Positions 63,101 through 64,000 of a stretch of 64,000 nucleotides of DNA are shown in pieces. The translations under genes and the position numbers were made by a program. The DNA is taken from positions 40,672,001 through 40,736,000 of the forward strand of contig JAGIQG010000002.1 of the NCBI GenBank assembly GCA_024679065.1, given 5' to 3'. The notes under the pieces are model-generated. The model did no database searches, had not been told where the DNA came from, and saw only the letters and a program-made list of their open reading frames with translations. Source of the stretch: Sphyrna mokarran (Eukaryota). Every line of letters starts with the position of its first letter. The stretch's first letter is position 1.

Positions 63101-64000
63101 CACGTAGCATGACTGAAATCAAAGGTATGGGTAAAAGGAGGAGGGTGGGGAGGGTGTAAATTGCATTGGTTTATTTCCTTTTGAAAATGGCCATTCTGAT
63201 TTTGGAACAATCAAACTATTAGAAGGAAAACAAGGTTATTTGGCTGTATATCATCCTTAGCTGCTCTCAGAACTTGTTCTCAGTCATTTCGCTTAAGTAC
63301 ATCAGAGACCATTCTGTAACATTAAAACCTTGTATGACCGAGGGGTCACGTTTATAAACACGGATTGTGTGCATGTGTTCTCACACAATCTCAGTTGTCC
63401 CTGTCAAGTTGCTGCTCGCTTGGATTAAGCCGAAAAGGTTTTGCGACCAAGGCCATCTTGGCCCCTAGCAATCGGCGTCCTCGCAATCAAAACATCACTA
63501 GATTATATTGCAGCTCTCCATCCCCAACCTAACACCAACCCCACCTCCCCTCTCCACCCCCACCATCCCCTTCCCCAATACTACCGCCATTATCACTATC
63601 AACAAGACAACACAGGACTGGGATAGCAAACGACGCCAACGCGTTCTCGGAATCCATTCTGATAAATCTAACTGGGCAAAAAGGCGAAAATAAAACACTT
63701 GCTCACTCCCACTCATTCAGCAAACCTCGTGCTCTGCCGGGAAAATCACTGGTGTCAATCTGATACAGTCCTGGCTACCACTCACAAGAGACAAAAAAAA
63801 AGAGAAAACGTCCACAAACAGGCAGGGAAAAAAATGTTTCAACATATTAATAGTTGATTACAACAAAGCTTTACAGGCTTCTTGGTTGTTTATTTACTTC
63901 TTGACACCACAGTACTGTACAAGGATCCGAGAGACACCACCACCGACCGCCATGTTTACCGTCAAAACCCAAAGTAGCACTCCTGAGAAGTTAAGTTCAG

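Noticed and set aside
63950-64000. Possible BMI1 non-coding exon ending GACG|gtaaac
   Set aside because: Weak donor at the window edge; cannot be supported

Overview
Vertebrate nuclear DNA, almost certainly a shark/elasmobranch (HE1-type V-SINEs, DeuSINEs, abundant CR1, Penelope-like elements). The window holds the conserved BMI1-SPAG6 syntenic block, both genes on the minus strand. All nine BMI1 coding exons are present (60130->55815, 978 nt, 325 aa, all introns GT-AG), followed by a ~1.9 kb 3'UTR. Next come an ~18 kb TE-poor, CpG-retaining intergenic region and SPAG6 coding exons 1-2 (35575-35551, 34369-34274) behind an RFX X-box promoter. Positions 1-34273 appear to be one very long, TE-dense SPAG6 intron 2; no true exon 3 was found. 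It contains a decayed Gypsy LTR element with nested CR1s and a SINE, stacked CR1s, L2, RTE and Rex-Babar pieces, and a Penelope-like element with minimal hammerhead motifs. The least-explained feature is a local CpG-retaining island at ~21.4-22.9 kb. It has an X-box, plus-strand splice sites suggesting an antisense transcript, and an imperfect hammerhead-like fold. No CRISPR, rRNA or genuine tRNA gene was seen. All calls were made by eye; exon boundaries were read base by base, but repeat boundaries are approximate.
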